64,000 nt of DNA from an uncultured delta proteobacterium (GTDB lineage Bacteria; Desulfobacterota; Syntrophia; Syntrophales; UBA2185). The translations under genes and the position numbers were made by a program. The notes beneath the pieces were generated by a model. That model had not been told where the DNA came from. It made no database searches and saw nothing but the letters and a program-made list of their open reading frames with translations. Below are positions 61,119-64,000 of this stretch, one piece after another (position 1 is the first letter of the stretch; every line of letters begins with the position of its first letter). The stretch covers positions 288,001 through 352,000 of the forward strand of contig CAVSPA010000007.1 of assembly GCA_963729715.1 (NCBI GenBank), written 5' to 3'.

Positions 61119-61120
61119 GA

Positions 61121-62287
61121 TTATCCCCTCACTCCATAAATTTCATATGCTCTTTCGGGTTTAGCCTTGGCTGCCTTCTTGAAGATTTTTATAAAGTCTT
61201 CGACCCGTACGTCGCGACCACCGAGACCGATGATTTCATTCGTAATCACCGGACGATCCGGCTCATCATAAAGGGCAGATTTCACCTCGGCACAGACAGG
61301 AGCAGCAGCACCGCCAGACATAACAGCCCGGTCTATAACGATCAGATTCTTGATTCCTTTCACTGCCTTTTTCAATTCATCCGCAGGAAATGGTCTGTAA
61401 AGCTTCAGGTCTAACAGTCCGGCCTTGAACCCTTCTTTGCGCAACTCATCAATGGCAACCTGCGCTGTTTCACCCATGGACCCCATGGTAAGCATGAGTA
61501 CATCGGCATCATTTGCCTTATAGGACATGATGGGTTCATACTTCCGGCCGAACATCTTCTCCCACTCTTTCCATATTTCAAGGATGACCTTCTTCGAATT
61601 GATTAGCGCCTCATCATTGGCTTTTTTTGCCTCGTTATAGATATCCGGGAGTCCCAGGGTTCCCATGGACACTACATTATCCGGATGCAGGGCTGCGAAA
61701 GGTTTTCGCGGCGGGAGGAACTTGTCTACTTCCTCCTGATCAGGCATTATCATCGCCTCCACCACGTGGGTAAGCTGGAAACCGTCCAGATTTATAAGCA
61801 CCGGCAGCATAACATCCGCATGCTCACCGATCTTGAAGGCCTGGATGCACATATCGACGGTTTCCTGGCCGTTTGACGCGAACATTGAAATCCAACCCAG
61901 ATCCCTCACACACATGTAATCGCTGTGATCGTTCCAGATGTTGATAGGACCCGATATCGCCCTATTGCCAAGGCACATGATCACCGGAAGTCTCATAGAA
62001 GGCACAACCGGAACGATTTCATACATATACAGCAGGCCCTGTGAACTTGTCGCCGTAAAGACGCGGGCGCCCGCTGCCGACGCTCCCGTACAGGCGCTCA
62101 GCGCCGAATGCTCGGATTCCACAGCTATATATTCGCAGTCAAGATCCCCATCGGCAACAATGTCTGCCAAGTGTTCTGGTATATGTGTGTTAGGCGTGAT
62201 GGGATAAGCCGCGATCACATCGGGTCTGCATAAAGCGACCGCTTCTGCCGCGGCCAGAGCAATTTCCATTCCAATTCGTTTCGACAT
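61121..62287 (-). CDS. porA: Pyruvate/2-oxoacid:ferredoxin oxidoreductase alpha subunit
   Basis: AYPITP, ESEHSA, ATSSQGL, NRA, GLGGRD. Confidence 0.93.
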   Translation of the reverse strand: MSKRIGMEIALAAAEAVALCRPDVIAAYPITPNTHIPEHLADIVADGDLDCEYIAVESEHSALSACTGASAAGARVFTATSSQGLLYMYEIVPVVPSMRLPVIMCLGNRAISGPINIWNDHSDYMCVRDLGWISMFASNGQETVDMCIQAFKIGEHADVMLPVLINLDGFQLTHVVEAMIMPDQEEVDKFLPPRKPFAALHPDNVVSMGTLGLPDIYNEAKKANDEALINSKKVILEIWKEWEKMFGRKYEPIMSYKANDADVLMLTMGSMGETAQVAIDELRKEGFKAGLLDLKLYRPFPADELKKAVKGIKNLIVIDRAVMSGGAAAPVCAEVKSALYDEPDRPVITNEIIGLGGRDVRVEDFIKIFKKAAKAKPERAYEIYGVRG

Positions 62288-62300
62288 AACGTATCCCTCC

Positions 62301-62588
62301 TCAGTCCTCTACCATCTTTATGGCGCGCGGCCAGCATTCGTGATAGCAAATACCACAGCCCTTGCAGTAATTCAGATCTGCCATAAAGAACCCTTCCGCG
62401 TCTTCCGTTATGCACGCTTCAGGACAGAACAGATAGCAGACGCCGCACTTGATGCATTTCGTATTATCCCAGATAGGCTTCTGTGCCCTCCAGCCTCCGG
62501 TCAAATATGACCGTGAGCTTCCAGGTTTGAATATCATGAGCCCCGGATTTGTATCTTGCCAGGTTTCTGGCCACTTTTTCTCTGTCAT
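62301..62588 (-). CDS. porD: POR delta (ferredoxin-like) subunit
   Basis: TGGWR, CIKCGVCYLFCPE, YCKGCGICYHECW. Confidence 0.92.
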   Translation of the reverse strand: MTEKKWPETWQDTNPGLMIFKPGSSRSYLTGGWRAQKPIWDNTKCIKCGVCYLFCPEACITEDAEGFFMADLNYCKGCGICYHECWPRAIKMVED

Positions 62589-62617
62589 ATGATACCTCAA
62601 CACTCATTCACTTATTA

Positions 62618-63163
62618 TTAGTTAAATTTGACTTCGTCGTATGCCCGTTTCATGGCCGCCATGTTCTTGTTGGCGATTCTGCCGAACCTATGATCCACCG
62701 GATCTTTCACTGATTCGATTTTAACAGCATTCGTACACTTGATCAGCGCCCCAAGCATGGTCGTATTCGTAATCGGAACGCCAAGCTCCTTCCACGCAAT
62801 GGATGATCCATCGACTGTGGCGATCTTACCCTTGAACTTCGTGATTTCAGCAATTTCTTTTGCTTTTTTTGCTGTGTTAACAATGAGTACACCTTCTGGT
62901 TTCAGTCCTTCGGCAACATTAACCATGCCGATGAGACTCTCATCAAGGACAACCACTACATCCGGATTGTAAATCTGAGATCTGACCTTTATGTGGTGAT
63001 CATCAATCCGGTTGAATGCTGCAACTGGCGCCCCTCTTCTCTCAGGTCCGAAACTCGGAAAACCTTGAGCATACTTACCTTCTCCGATGGCGGTCAATGC
63101 AAGTAATTCAACTGACGTTACCGCTCCCTGACCACCTCTTCCATGCCATCTGACTTCTATCAT
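62618..63163 (-). CDS. porC: POR gamma subunit
   Basis: HGRGGQGAVT, FGPERRGAP, NTTMLGA. Confidence 0.93.
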   Translation of the reverse strand: MIEVRWHGRGGQGAVTSVELLALTAIGEGKYAQGFPSFGPERRGAPVAAFNRIDDHHIKVRSQIYNPDVVVVLDESLIGMVNVAEGLKPEGVLIVNTAKKAKEIAEITKFKGKIATVDGSSIAWKELGVPITNTTMLGALIKCTNAVKIESVKDPVDHRFGRIANKNMAAMKRAYDEVKFN

Positions 63164-63317
63164 TGGAAAATCTCCCAGATTGGATTGATGTAGAAATTGT
63201 TAAAGAAGATGAACTAACGTTGAACAGAAATGACGTCCGGCTACCTATTACAAAATTCCCTCCCTGTCAAGTATTTTTTTGTCAATTATTTATTTGCTGA
63301 ATTTCTGATAAAGGTTT

Positions 63318-63917
63318 TCAGAGACCTCTGCGGTATTCCATTGACTTAGACAGCGTCATCCTGTCCATGTACTTAAGATCACCGCCGACGGGCACGCCGA
63401 GGGCGATCCTGGTTACCCTGATGCCCAGAGGCCTGACGGATTTGTTAATGAGAAGGGCAGTTGCTTCACCTTGGACGCTTGGATTTGTGGCCACAATTAT
63501 CTCTTCGGCCCCATTCTCCGCTATCCTTGTCAAAAGTTCCCGTAATTTCAAATGATCCGGTCCGATACCGTCCAGCGGCGAGAGTGCTCCATGAAGGACA
63601 TGATAGGTTCCTCTGAAGCTCCCGCTTTCTTCTATGGCAATGAGAGAGTCAGGCTCTTCGACAACACATATGAGATTCTTATCTCGCGATGGGTCCATGC
63701 ATATTTCACAGAGCCGTCCCTCGGCAAGATTGAAGCACACGGAGCAGAAGCGTATCTTCTGCTTTACCTCTAATATGCTCTGTGCAAGTCTTCTCGCATC
63801 TTCCTCGGATGCACGCAGGATAAATGTGGCCAACCGCGTGGCTGTCTTTTCCCCTATGCCTGGTAATTTCCCGAGTTCTCCGATCAGACGTTTTATAGGA
63901 AGGGCGTAACCAGTCAT
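63318..63917 (-). CDS. recR: Recombination mediator RecR
   Basis: [10 protein letters not shown]4 zinc finger, CVVE, YHVLHG, GEATA. Confidence 0.96.
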   Translation of the reverse strand: MTGYALPIKRLIGELGKLPGIGEKTATRLATFILRASEEDARRLAQSILEVKQKIRFCSVCFNLAEGRLCEICMDPSRDKNLICVVEEPDSLIAIEESGSFRGTYHVLHGALSPLDGIGPDHLKLRELLTRIAENGAEEIIVATNPSVQGEATALLINKSVRPLGIRVTRIALGVPVGGDLKYMDRMTLSKSMEYRRGL

Positions 63918-63928
63918 CTTGAAACCCG

Positions 63929-64000
63929 CTACATCAGCCCGGGGATATTGAACCCCCCGGTAATCTTAGACATCTCTGCCGTTGCCATTTCCTGGGCTTT
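63929..64000 (-). CDS. ybaB: YbaB/EbfC nucleoid-associated protein (3' end only)
   Basis: ...[23 protein letters not shown] directly upstream of recR. Confidence 0.8.
   Translation of the reverse strand, partial: KAQEMATAEMSKITGGFNIPGLM

Overview
Bacterial chromosome window from an anaerobic, probably Syntrophales/Desulfobacterota-like organism (inferred from gene content only). It has three zones. (1) 1-4.9 kb: accessory genes (GNAT, C39-like peptidase, frameshifted cytidylate-kinase-like/BON gene, acyl-CoA ligase). (2) About 4.98-28.72 kb: a decayed genomic island bounded by tRNA-Glu(CTC) and a displaced copy of its 3' half. It carries an AAA+/DUF4143 ATPase, IS256, IS21, an ars operon with truncated acr3, a B12 acyl-CoA mutase/MeaB/radical-SAM module, a Rep-like HTH protein, and an IS110 element. 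The IS110 non-coding end folds into two internal loops whose 8-9 nt segments match the element's own two junctions (bridge-RNA candidate), and a 78-bp mini-element sits in tandem. A 523-nt poly-A run is almost certainly a masked assembly gap. (3) 28.9-64 kb: core and metabolic genes: gltX, rpmF-acpP-fabF-rpiB-nrdR-rib-nusB-leuS-lptE (several normally syntenic genes absent), rpsT, ADP-forming acyl-CoA synthetase, a Ni/Co ECF transporter with NikR-like boxes near larEBC, and a porCDAB operon running directly into a HydCBA/NuoEFG-like module with no catalytic H-cluster, then recR and ybaB. All calls come from reading the sequence; no searches were run.
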